A stretch of DNA of 64,000 bases, taken from assembly GCA_019828565.1 (NCBI GenBank), contig JAHDYR010000062.1:74801-138800 (forward strand), given 5' to 3'. The position numbers and the translations under genes are program-made. How positions within the stretch are numbered: position 1 is the stretch's first letter; every line of letters begins with the position of its first letter. Of this stretch, positions 21,613 to 32,675 are shown piece by piece. The notes under the pieces were generated by a model, which was given only the letters and a program-made list of their open reading frames with translations, searched no databases and was not told where the DNA came from. This DNA is from Carpediemonas membranifera BICM (Eukaryota; Protista; Fornicata).

Positions 21613-22400
21613 ACATCTTTAATCATCATGGTCGTGCTCAGAGTCGACATGCTCCTCATCTGGAATGCAAGGCTCGCAATGGGGGGTGGAGGGGGGCGGA
21701 CGGGGGAGACAGGAGCCTCGCCTTGCGATTCCCGTTGTAGGATCGCCACAACCTCATCAAGACGACTCAGAGGGACAGGGACATACAGCAGGATGTCTTG
21801 CTGACCAGCGGGCCGTACAGGTCGGCGAGTTCCCAATGCGTTGCGACGTACAGGCATTGGTGCAGCGCCTGGACGATAAAGGGCAAAGAGATCTCCATCG
21901 GGGGGGTTAAACAGAGTTATGGCGGTGTTCTTGCCCATTTGGGAGGCCCATATCGTGAGGGCTGCGTCGTTGATGGGTGTGCTGCCGTGTGCAGCGACAA
22001 TCGCAGCGCGGTTCGAAGCATGCAGTTGTCTAGTCGCCTCCAATTGCTGCTGGCGCTCTGCCTGTTGGGCCTCGCGACGTGCTGCTGCTGTTTTTGTTGG
22101 ATGGCTGCGGACATATACGCTCACCGAAGGCGTTGCGTACTTCTGGAATCTTGACCAATCAGTCGCGGAGATGTCGGAAAGGCTGTTTCTTGCGTTTGCG
22201 GCGAACTTGATGATCAGGTACTCAGTGCTCTTAGTCTTCATCGCCAAGCTTGTGCCATCAGCATCGCTGTATTCAGTCACTATCTCCGAGACAGTGTCTA
22301 GAAACTCTTCTGGTGACAACTGTGTAAGATCAACATCCTTCTTCACCTTCTTGAACGACTGAGTGCGGTTCTTCTTGATTGCGATTTCTAGTTCCACCAT
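21576..22400 (-). CDS. Accessory ORF of IS630-like element (unknown function)
   Basis: 274-aa ORF inside the TIRs, convergent with the transposase. Confidence 0.75.
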   Translation of the reverse strand: MVELEIAIKKNRTQSFKKVKKDVDLTQLSPEEFLDTVSEIVTEYSDADGTSLAMKTKSTEYLIIKFAANARNSLSDISATDWSRFQKYATPSVSVYVRSHPTKTAAARREAQQAERQQQLEATRQLHASNRAAIVAAHGSTPINDAALTIWASQMGKNTAITLFNPPDGDLFALYRPGAAPMPVRRNALGTRRPVRPAGQQDILLYVPVPLSRLDEVVAILQRESQGEAPVSPVRPPPPPIASLAFQMRSMSTLSTTMMIKDVYLRLTSKKVSW

Positions 22401-22751
22401 TGCCTGTTTTCAATTGATCTGATCACTGTTTCGAAATAGGTGTGTTTTATTGATCTACTGGTCATTTTCACTTGAAAACAGCAATGCTTCACGTCGCCGT
22501 CCTTCTTACATAGAGATCGAAAAACGTCATTAGAAGCCTCAATTCGGCTGCGTTCGCGAGTTCTCGCGTTTTTTTGCTCTCGACGGTGCGAAGTTCTCTC
22601 TCGCGGCTGCAAAAGGCCGCGTTCATCCTCAATAACATCAATCGGGCTTGAATTAGCCGTAAATCAGTGTATTTCAGGGTCCATTGAGGTTGGTTGCTAC
22701 TTCTTTCGAGTTGTTGTTTTCTCAGTGAAAACGGGAAGTGACGAACGAGCA

Positions 22752-23516
22752 ATGTCAGACGTACATGAGCAGATTACGCAGATGCTGGCTCTACACGTGA
22801 GAACCGTGGTGACTCGTGCGAGGCCGAGACCGCTCGTAGCGATGATGAATCTCGGCCGACGGATCACGGCGACTCGGGGTCGGATGAGGAAACCGAAGTC
22901 TCGCCGCTCTTCTCTCTGGAGGAGATGATCACCGCTTTTGCCGCAGAGGGCGTGAGTTACCTCACCCTAGACATATCTGGTACCTTGCGGGCGCTCCGCG
23001 CCGGGATGCTCAACTCATATGGGCATCTCGCCGCAACGGAGAACTCTTCTTCCGTTGCGCGTGACATCTGTCGCGATGGTCTCGTGTTGCTGGCGCTATC
23101 GCGCGAGTACCACACTCTGGCTATGTGTGGTCGGCCTGGCGATCCCACCGATCAGGATCCAATACATTGAAGCAATCTGGACCCCCACTGGTTTCGGTCA
23201 TGTGCGCCACTCTTTGATGGACAACTTCCTGTTCGATGTCCCCAGCAGTGACGTCCTGCCCGTCGCGCTCGATCATAACGAGCCACGTCGTGTGTATGTG
23301 ATTGAGGCAATCGTTGGCCACCATCTGCATGAGAATTCCCTGCGTCTGCTCGTGCACTATGCTCGACGCGAGTACAGCTCGATTATCCTGGCAACCGAGG
23401 CAATCCGTGATAGTCAGGCTGGGGTCAAGTTCTTTGCTGCTCATCCCGAGCTAGTTCGCTATTGTACCCGGTCTGAGGACGCGAACGGTGCTCTCAGCGG
23501 GGGTGTTTTGGAGTGA
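22752..23516 (+). pseudogene. Antisense accessory ORF of chromovirus, degraded, with C-terminal chromo-like domain
   Basis: VYVIEAIVGHHLHENSLRLLVHYARREY; same position and orientation as the other copies. Confidence 0.7.
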
Positions 23517-23750
23517 GATAAATGTTTGGATTGAGTAGCTGCTGAAGGTTTACAGACCGGCTCGCTTGGCCTCGTCTGACTTCAGGAATATGTCTAGCGC
23601 CTCTAGGTCCTTGACTGACGCATAGTCCTGCCACGTGGCCTCTTCGTCTTCGCACCCAGCCCAATGGACGAGGTATTCCCGCTTGGACATCGGGCCTCGA
23701 CCTCGAGATCGACTGATTCGCTCAACTTCCCACTCGTCGTCAGCCGTGGC

Positions 23751-23874
23751 TGTAGCCTTATGGCTAGGGAAAGATTGTTTAATATAAGAAAACCCATGAT
23801 GTGGTGAATATGGTCAATACTATATAAATCTATGAAATGGTAATCCTATGTAACATTGGGTAAGACCCACTGCA
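23751..23874 (-). repeat. 3' LTR (PPT at 23875-23884)
   Basis: Direct repeat of 29939-30063. Confidence 0.97.
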
Positions 23875-24070
23875 CTGCCCCTCCAGTGCCCGTAAGGCAC
23901 GACCTCAAGCAACGCATATATATGGTCGGCAATAGCCGATGAGGATTAGTGAAGTGACAACCGCTTCGAACGTACGAGAGCCACCAAGTACGATCGAAAC
24001 AGTCTACTCTATTGGCGGTAGAGTAGGCTATGTCTGCCCTTCAGGCCTTGATCTACGATCTTAGCCAGTA

Positions 24071-24439
24071 TTATGTAAAGATATGGTTGATACTATTATT
24101 CGAATCTGTATCTATAAAAATCTTGTGGTACCACTGTATAAACGCGCGCGCTAAGTTAGGTATAGGGTATCTTACATGTCCCTGCCCCTCCACGGCCGGA
24201 ATACGGCCGTGATTGTGGCGGTTTGGTTCGGCTGTGCATTTTATGGCACAATGAACCGCGGTTTCGAAAGTTTCACTATACGCGGTATGCAAAGCGCTAG
24301 CCAGCGTATAGTTGTCAAAAATGGGGTTTTCAGCCCTCAACGACGCTTCGTTGGCGAGTTCTCGACGTTTTTTTCTTTTCGGTGCCGAATGAAGGTGCTG
24401 CTCTGCGCTACGTGTGTCCTTCATGAATAACAACATCAA
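24071..24439 (-). CDS. Small sense-strand ORF4 of chromovirus with a probable 42-nt intron (24134-24175)
   Basis: KKRRELANEASLR motif recurs in the same frame near 22560, 33290, 41480 and 43640; GTAAGA...AG intron. Confidence 0.45.
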   Translation of the reverse strand: MMLLFMKDTRSAEQHLHSAPKRKKRRELANEASLRAENPIFDNYTLASALHTAYSETFETAVHCAIKCTAEPNRHNHGRIPAVEGQGHVRYPIPNLARAFIQWYHKIFIDTDSNNSINHIFT

Positions 24440-24683
24440 TACTTAGTAAAAAGCCTTCGTTGCTGCACTGTTTGTGGGATATTGAGGAGTATCTTCACGA
24501 TTCTCCTCAAGGCTTCATGAGCGTCATCGAATCGACCTCCTGCGCCCAGGCTCCGGTCATGATCATGGCTGCTATGGTCTGCGGGTTAGTCAGCTAGGTT
24601 GCAGTAGTTCCCATAAAGTACGATAATTACGTCAATGCATGTAAATGCTGCTTTGAAGGATTTCAAAGCAGCCGTTTGAGGAT

Positions 24684-25932
24684 ATGGAGAATTATACCGC
24701 CGCAATGAAGGCTATAATCGAGGAACTAAGCGATGACGATGACATTGCCGCCCTCAATCGCGTCTTCCGCCACGTTATTCGCAAGCGTGCTCGTCGACGC
24801 GTTGGATCTACCGCCAACTCCGACAACACGACTAATCAGTCCTCCATTGATGCTTCAACAACCGCTACGGGGTCAACAGTCAACGATCAGGAGCGCCAGC
24901 CCGATTCCAGCGTGGTTCCGGCAACCGTCGTCGGCGATTCGCGTCCGTCTCGCCGTGCTAGAGGCAAGCGCCGTATCGGCGTCCGTGATCGAGTTCTCCC
25001 GCCGGCAGTCACGGGCGCGGACGTGGTGTTCGAGCCTCCCCGCATTGATCGCGCCACACGGCTGCGGGGTGAGCTCGATCACGTCATCTCGACGGTCAAG
25101 GCGACGTTATCGACATTCTCATCGCATCTAGAGCTGTCAGTGCAGCCGTTCCTCGATGTGTTGATGAGCGGTGCGCTTAACCAGGCATCGCTGACCTCCG
25201 TTCAGCGCCTCGACGGTGGCGTCATCGCTCTGTCTGGGGCAGTCGATGACTACTATCTGCTTGTCGGCTTCCGCAAGTACTTCGATCTTGGCTCCGGTGT
25301 CAGCGACCGGGAGATCATGAACCAGGTATTCAACGGTCGCCGTGCCGGCGATATCCGCCGGGAGGTCCTGGATGAGGCGGCACGCCTTCTTGCCGTTGGG
25401 GTCGACACGGCACGTAGCCACGTCCGCCGGCTCTATCTTCTTACGCATCATGTTCCGTATTATGCAGTGCTACAGCACGCGATCTGGAGCCGGGTGCTGC
25501 AGGGCCGGCAGTGCCTGTATCGATTTGCCAATGACTGCTACGCCCTTGCCTGCGCCGAGGAGCTGCCGACCCTCAGCCTCCCCCCGGTAGGTACCCCGGT
25601 TTCTTCGTCTTACACAGGATATGACCCGCTTTCAGGTCTACGAGCGCGACCGGTATTATCGCGTGCTGGCTGTGCGTGGTCACTGGTGGCTGTTCGTTGA
25701 GCAGGCCTACCGTGGTCGCGCTGGCTCCTTCTTGCTCCTTGTCGCCTACGACGGGTTCCCTGAAGCAAGTCTGACGCCGGTTAACGCAGACCTTGTCCGC
25801 GTGGCTGTGGTCAACCAGTACCTCAGGGCTCATTCCGAGCTCTGGGACGTTCTGCCTGAGTCCCTGCAGGTAGAGTTGGAAGAAGTGGTGACCAGTGACG
25901 AGGAGTCTGCCGGTGACGAGTTAATGTTCTGA
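24684..25932 (+). CDS. Antisense accessory ORF with C-terminal chromo-like domain (one frameshift near 25570-25620)
   Basis: RYYRVLAVRGHWW...LLLVAYDGFPEASLT...VVNQYL; convergent with pol. Confidence 0.8.
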
Positions 25933-25985
25933 TGATCTTGGTTAGCGCCTTGATAGTCCGTTATTTACACGGCTATGTACAAGGG

Positions 25986-28900
25986 CTATCCGTCTGTATT
26001 GTTCGCCAGGAAGATGTCGAGAGCTGCGCAGTCCTTAACGTTCTTATATGGTTCCCACGTGGATTCTTCGTCCTCAAATCCGGCCCAGTGCACGAGGTAC
26101 TTCTTCTGCGACATGGTACCTGACCCGCGTGCTGCTGAAATGCGGTCGACCAACCACTCGTCCCTGCTAGTTGCAGCGAGTTGCTGGATCTGGTCGTCAG
26201 TTAGTGTACCGGGGTTGAACCTTCGCACTCGTGCGGCATCGACCTTGATGGTCTTACCATTCGTGGGTGACTCTGCCATGTCTTGGACTTCATATGCCAC
26301 GGTGACGCCTGATTGCTTGATGCTCTTAACGCGCCTCATCGGGCCTCTCCACCCTGGTGATAGTTTGTCAGGTGGGCGAGAGGGGTACTTGACCAAGACG
26401 TAACGACTCAGGATCTCCGTACGCGACGAGACGGCCTTCGACCACGCGTCCTCCTTCATCTCTTGGATGCGAGCCTTCGCCAGCTGAATTGCCGCGTCGG
26501 CGGCTGCCCGGTGTGACTGCTTGGCGCTCGCTGACGCTTGCTTGGTAACGTATATTGAGCTAGGCACGGTGAGGTTATATCCCAGGACGATCTCAGCCGG
26601 TGATAGGCGGGTTGGGACTCGCGGCGTGGCGTTGATGATAAAGCTCGCGACAGGCAGGTGATGTATCCAGTTAGAGTCTCTTAGGTGGAACTTGCGTGCC
26701 TTCAAGATGCGTAACACCTCCTTGTTGGCTCGCTCCACCATCCCGTTTGACTGTGGATGGTGGGCCGTAGTGATGTGCGTATCAAAGCCCAACTCCTTGG
26801 ACAACCGTTGGAATAGCTTGTTGTTAAACTCTGGCCCTCCATCGGACTGTAACACCTCTGGGCACCCGAAGCGCAGTACCCAGTTGTTGACGAATGCGTC
26901 AGCTGCTGCTTCGGCTGTGGTCCCGGAGACGGCAACCAGCTCGGTCCACCGTGAGCACATGTCGACCATGACCGTAATGTGCGTCATACCGTCCCGCGTT
27001 GGGAATGGCCCCATAGTGTCGATCGCTACGCGTTTGAACGGGGTCTCTACAGCCGTATGAAACCCGGCCACAGTCTGCTCGGGTGGTCGTTCTAGCACTT
27101 GGCACGTGGGGCAATGAGAGATGAACTCGTCCACAGCTGAGCGGGATACGCTCAACCCGTCGGCTCTCAGTCTGTCGATTGTCTGTCTTCTCGAGAAATG
27201 AGCGCCTGCCATCTCGTGTGCCTTCTTAATCTGATCAGTGGTCGCCTGGGAGCGTACGGTGAAAACTCTCGATAGTCCTTCGGCTCCGGCGTTGTCTAAA
27301 CCTGCAACGTGCTCAATACCGAAGTCTAAGTCGGACAGGGTGTCAGCCCATCGCTTGACCTTGGCGTTAACGCTCCGGAACATGAACAGGAGGTTCCTGT
27401 GGTCGGTCAGGATTGTGAAATGGCCCCAACTGAGGAACTTGCGCCAGCGTTGCACGGCAGCTATAATGGCGTACGCCTCCTTCTCACTGGTAGACCATCT
27501 CGACTGCACCACATTAAAGGCCTTACTCATATAGCATACTGGCCTGCCCTCTTGGAGGAGTACTGCACCGTAGCCGAGCCCTGAGGCATCAGTCATAATA
27601 GTGTGCTCCTTAGTCGCGTCGAAGATGGCGAGTGCGTCCGCCGATGTGAGAGCATCCTTGATCTTCTTCAGCGCTGCGTCCTGTTCAGGCTGGCCGATAG
27701 GCCTGCGCCCGGCCATTGCCTCAGTCAAGGGGAGGGCGATCTCGGCGAAACGGTCCACGTGATCTCTGAAATAGTTCAGAAAGCCTACTAAGCCCTGCAT
27801 CCCACGGACGCTCTTGGGCAACTGGAGCTCTGCAATGTCGGCTACCCGGTCGGGAGCGATGTGTTTCTGCCCCTCGGAGATTACCCAACCTAGGAACTCG
27901 ACCTCGGCACGGCCAAACTGGCACTTCTCCCTATTGAGCTGTAACTTTGTCTCGCGTGCGCGAAGGAGGACCTTGCGGAGATTCTGGAGATATTCCTCTT
28001 CGCTTGCCCCGAAGATGATGATGTCGTCAATGTATATATAACAGGCTGTGCCGACCAGCCCCCGGAAGGCGGACTCCATAGCCCGCTGGAAATGGGCTCC
28101 AGCATTGCGTAGCCCAAAGGGCATCCGGCAGTACTCGTACTGCCCCAGAGCCGTAGTAAATGCGGTGTACTGGCGGCAGCGATCGGTCAGCTCGACTTGG
28201 TGGTAACCGGCGGAGAGGTCGAGGGTTGCGAAGACCTTCTTCCCCGCTAGCTGGGAGATAACCTCGTCAATACGAGGTATGGGGTAGTTGAAAGGTTCGG
28301 TGATGTCGTTAATTTGTCTGAAGTCAACTACGAATCGGGACTTACCCCCTTTCTTGGGTACTGTCATCGCGGGCGAAGCGTAAGGCGATTGACAGGCACG
28401 GATAAATCTCTTCGCCAGGAGAGCGTCAATGTGCTCCTTGACGACGGCTACCTTCGCCGGGGGGATGTAGTATGGTCGCGCGTTCACGACCCTGTCACTC
28501 TTCAGGATCAAGTCGTACGGTTCGAGCTTGCTTGGCTCGTTGCGATCTTCGAACACTGCGCTGAACTCCTTGAGAATCTTGGCCTGTGTATCGCTCGTAG
28601 TGGGGTTCAACTGGTAGACGGCAGCGTCGAACTTGGCGGGCGACGGAATGTCCAGCTCGTCGCTACCCTCCTTGTTCCACTCAGCCTGAGGGAGTATACC
28701 CAACTCAACCATATGGGGGTATCCTAGGATCAGGTCGAAGTCGGTGTCGAGTAGAAGTAGCTCGGCGTTAAATGTACAAGTGCGCGGGGTGAACGATGAT
28801 GGTTGCAGCTTAATCGTAGCGTTGACTCGACCCTGTGACTGTTTCTCGCCGCCTGCTGTTGCGACACGCTCCTGCGTGGTGGATATGACCTCGAGCTTGG

Positions 28901-29918
28901 CTGCGTGGCGAGGGTGGATGCTTGACACGTTAGCTCCCGAGTCTAATAACGCTGTTAGCTTCTGCTTGCCTACTGAAACCGGAACGAGTGGTAGGTTGAT
29001 CTTGGACTTGGACTGATCTGCACTGATAGAGAGAGAATATTGCGGAGATTTATCCCGACAATATCCCTCCAGGTGACCAGTCTTCTTGCAGATCGAGCAC
29101 GTGTGCTTCGGCTTAGGGCACTTGTGCCATGCGTGCTTGCCGCCGCAGTTCCAGCAGGTGTAGTCGCGCTTCTTGTCAGTGCTACTGGGATGGGGCTAAC
29201 GCTCTGACTTATCCCGGTTCAGCGTCTTGTTGCTTCCCTCCTCAGACGGCAGCGGCTGGCGATAAGGATGGCCGTTGCGGCCTGCTCTCTTTCTGTTACC
29301 GCTAGGATGGCCGCCTGTCGGGTGAATGCTCTTGGGGTGCTTCTGTCCGTCTCCTAGGTACGCTTCTCTCAGCTCTTCGCCGTCCCGCAGCTCGGTGCTA
29401 ATGGCGAGTACCTGAGGCATGGCATCACTCAGAGTGGAATCTTCGATCAACTCTTGAATGCGGTACATAGTTCTGCCTGTTCCCTGCTTGAAGCAGCGGG
29501 CGTACGTCTTACACAGTGTCTCCTGTGATGACTCGGGTTGCAGAATAGCCAGCAATGTCTGAAAGCGCTTGTTGATGCGTACCACCTCGCTAGGCGTGAA
29601 GGATGTGGCGTTCAAGCGGAAGTATTCAAGCCTTGCTACCTCGTGGCGTGGTCTAAAGGCCTTGCCGAGACGCTTGACACAAGCGATGTCTTGTTCGCGC
29701 CGGCGTGTAGTCTTGGTCTTGATGAGTGCCACGGGAGGATCGTTGTCGTCCGTGCCGAGTACTCCGTCAACGTAGTCACGGACGCAGCTGTCTATTAGGC
29801 GGTCTGAGCGCTGTTTTCCGCCGAGTGCCCGATAATCTTGGAGCGCTTCCACGAACGTGACTAATTCAGCCACGGACGTGCCCTTCAGTATCGGCGCTTT
29901 GGCCTTCCCGTATACCAT
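25986..29918 (-). CDS. Gag-Pol polyprotein (zinc knuckles, PR, RT, RNase H, integrase, chromodomain) with one in-frame TAG at 29196-29198
   Basis: CSICKKTGHLEGYC, LLDSGA, YIDD, TDAS, IDTMGP/SDGG/VER, KYLVHWAGFEDEESTWEP; gag and pol are in the same frame. Confidence 0.95.
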
Positions 29919-29938
29919 GTTGGTGGGATTAGTACTAA

Positions 29939-30063
29939 TGTAGCCTTATGGCTAGGGAAAGATTGTTTAATATAAGAAAACCCATGATGTGGTGAATATG
30001 GTCAATACTATATAAATCTATGAAATGGTAATACCTATGTAACATTGGGTAAGACCCACTGCA
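29939..30063 (-). repeat. 5' LTR
   Basis: Direct repeat of 23751-23874. Confidence 0.97.
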
Positions 30064-32675
30064 TGGCTGCGAGTGCTTTGATCTGATCTTCTGTCAGCCT
30101 GCCGGGATTGAACTTCCGAACTCTCGATGCGTCTACCGTGATCGCTTTCGAGTTGTCCTTCTCAACTTGGTCTAAAACCTTATACGCGACAACGACACCG
30201 TGTTGTTTCACTCCGGCGAGCCTTCGCATTGGCCCTCTCCATCCAGGTGACAACTTGTTCGGTGGTCTAGAGGCGTTGACTTGGACGAACCTGCTAATAA
30301 TCTCATACCTCGAGGCAGTAGCCTTTGCGAGGGCGTCCTCTCTCATCGCCTTAACTTACCTTACCTTACCGCCACGGCCGCTCGACTGGGAAAGCGCGTC
30401 ATGACCCTCGAACAACTGTCAGTGATGTTCCAGCACATCATCCGGATGGCGCCATACCTCTCGGCGCCCCACGCCGACAATGACTGCGCGATGCAGAGCA
30501 TCCTGATCGGTGTGAGGGCCCTCGGGTCGACCAGCTCAAGGGGGGAGCGACACAGGATCCACATGGCGATGAGCCGAACCACGGCAGGCCACATGAGGAC
30601 CAGCAGACAGCGCACCCTGCAACACGCGATCTCACGCGCGTTGTGCGCGTTCCAGTTCGGGCGCCTCGGCGAGGCACGCAGACGCGCCCAAGACAGTCCA
30701 AACACAGAAATCCAAAATGAGAGAGATACGCTGTAAAGGGACACAAAAGGTCAAGAGGCCTGTTATAGATCCATAACAGAGCACAGTTCAGCTTGGAAGG
30801 AGCGGCCCCATGCCCGCATCCGAGAGTCCACGAGGTGCACTCAGTGTGTCAACGCAGGTTGGAGTGTGGGAGCTCCCCAACCACTATGAGCGCAGTTTCT
30901 ATGACCTGGACAAGAAACAAGGAGAGAGAACCGGAGAGCAACAGATACACTCGATGTATCCAAGCTAGAGAGAATTACGAGAGAATCTATTGGCCTAAAG
31001 GGCTGGAGCCGAGAAGCAATGGCGACGCTTTTCTGAGTGGCAGCGCAATTTTGCAGCGAGCCCAAGATCTCCCGCAGGAAGATAACACAGGCAAAACGGA
31101 GACAACATCGACCTCAAGCACCTAATAGGAGCCTAGTGGGTGAATTATAGTACCCAGCAGCCATCACAGGCCCGAGACCCATGCCAGCCTAGATCGTCCA
31201 TGCAGAGACTGGAGTAGAGAGTTTGGCCCACGACAGAGGGCGCGCAAGATAGAGAGACATGAAGCCTACAAGAAGGCGCCACAAATACCAGAGGGGCCCG
31301 CCCGTAGCCAGAGAAAAGGTCGGTGCATTATAAGGTCGACGCCCGACGAAGATATTCTGCGTGGCAGGAAAAATTCCACTTCGAGAATGAAAGTAGTGAT
31401 CCCGCAGGAGTTGCAAGAGAGTACCCAGCGATGTTGGGAGGATATCAGAGGAGCAGTTGAGTTATATTCATGTTCAGTGCGGTGTCGGAGATAGGCCTCT
31501 CCATGCCAAGGAGGGGAGTGTATAACTTAGTGACGTCCCGGATCGCCAACTTGATGGCGCCGTGTCGTCTGATGGCCTTGTGTTAGGTGCGGTCGAACTT
31601 GCTTGATCAGCGCACTCGGGATTTTGAACACACCGCAACAATTCTGCTCGACAAAAGAGACTTTTCGCCAGTTACATCACTGGGAAGCGGTACACCCGGA
31701 AGGGAACTCATCCTCGAGCTTGTACGTTCAGTGCTTATGGCAACTGGAATCAAAAACAAATTCAGGAACGAACAACCCCTGGGATCGGTAGGGGAGGGCC
31801 CTACATATCCCAGTGGAAGCACGTCGCTGCATGGCTAGCTGCTGGAAACAGAAAAACAGGAAAATAAAATCGTGATCAAACACGAAGGAAAGCAGGAGTG
31901 GTAAACCCACCAAGAAAGAAAGAAATTTAGTGTGCTTGGTATCTGACCCCGGACTGGGCTGCTTTCCCATTATCCGGGAGCCGCGTGGCCCGGGGTACTG
32001 CCTTTGCCTCAAGGGGAGCTAGTCAGCTGCGCTCCCCTTCGGGCTTCGGTGCTACTGTCTCCACTGACACATGATTCCAATCGCCCCAGAGGCTCTTCAG
32101 CCAGCTCCGTGCACTGTGTGCTTTCCTGTCCATACTGATAGCCCTAGTAAACCCACCAGGAGGGCTACCAGTGACCCCTTTTATCCGGTTTCCCTGATAA
32201 CTACCTGAGGGCACAACCCGAGGGCCAGGTGGGTAGGCGCCACCGATGGGTTCGATGAGGGTAACCCCCCAGATATCCCGGTGGTAGACCGCAGCCACAC
32301 AGCAGCATGCGGGTCGTTGGGATGGACAGCTAGAAACAGAAGCAGTACATATAAACACAGCAAAACAAGCTAGCAGAAACCCATGATTATGGTAGCACCG
32401 TTTGAAGGGCACCTGAAGGAGCTAGCAGCACTGATCAAGGGCTCGGGGGGTCAAGATGACCCTGCCGCCCTTTTTAACGACAGAGGAAACTGTCAAAGTG
32501 TAGCACAAGAGAACTGATGAAGGGGGTGCAGGACAAACGGGACTAGAGACCGTGGGTATACCGACCCAGCCCACATCACAGCTATCATGTAGTCATCGGA
32601 GACGAAAAAAATCGTCATCGTCGCTCCACTCCTCCGTCGTGGAAGTGTTGATATCTTCCTCGTGAGAAATCGTAG

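Larger units (their letters stand above)
20493..22484 (+). mobile_element. Two-gene IS630/Tc1-like element
   Basis: Perfect 26-bp TIR TTGCTGTTTTCAAGTGAAAATGACCA; flanked by TA (left) and TG (right). Confidence 0.92.
23751..30063 (-). mobile_element. Full-length Ty3/Gypsy chromovirus-type LTR retrotransposon (6.3 kb)
   Basis: 124/125-bp TG...CA LTRs differing by one indel, 4-bp TSD TGGC, PPT GGAGGGGCAG, gag-PR-RT-RH-IN-chromodomain. Confidence 0.97.
20280..30350 (-). mobile_element. Older chromovirus remnant (integrase/chromodomain end, antisense ORF, 3' cassette), interrupted by 20493-22484 and 23751-30063
   Basis: Removing the 23751-30063 insert restores QIKALAATADDEWEVE; PPNKLSPGWRGP at ~30230-30270. 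Confidence 0.8.

Noticed and set aside
21304-29198. In-frame TAGs (21304, 29196) as stop-codon reassignment or programmed readthrough
   Set aside because: Host RPS12 ends in TAA and ISD11 in TAG at the expected positions. Paralogues have sense codons there (PYPG) or a continuous gag-pol, and the gag TAG precedes the zinc knuckles. Nonsense mutations are simpler.
32510-32550. Hammerhead ribozyme (CTGATGA)
   Set aside because: No stem II followed by GAAA, and no flanking stems found.
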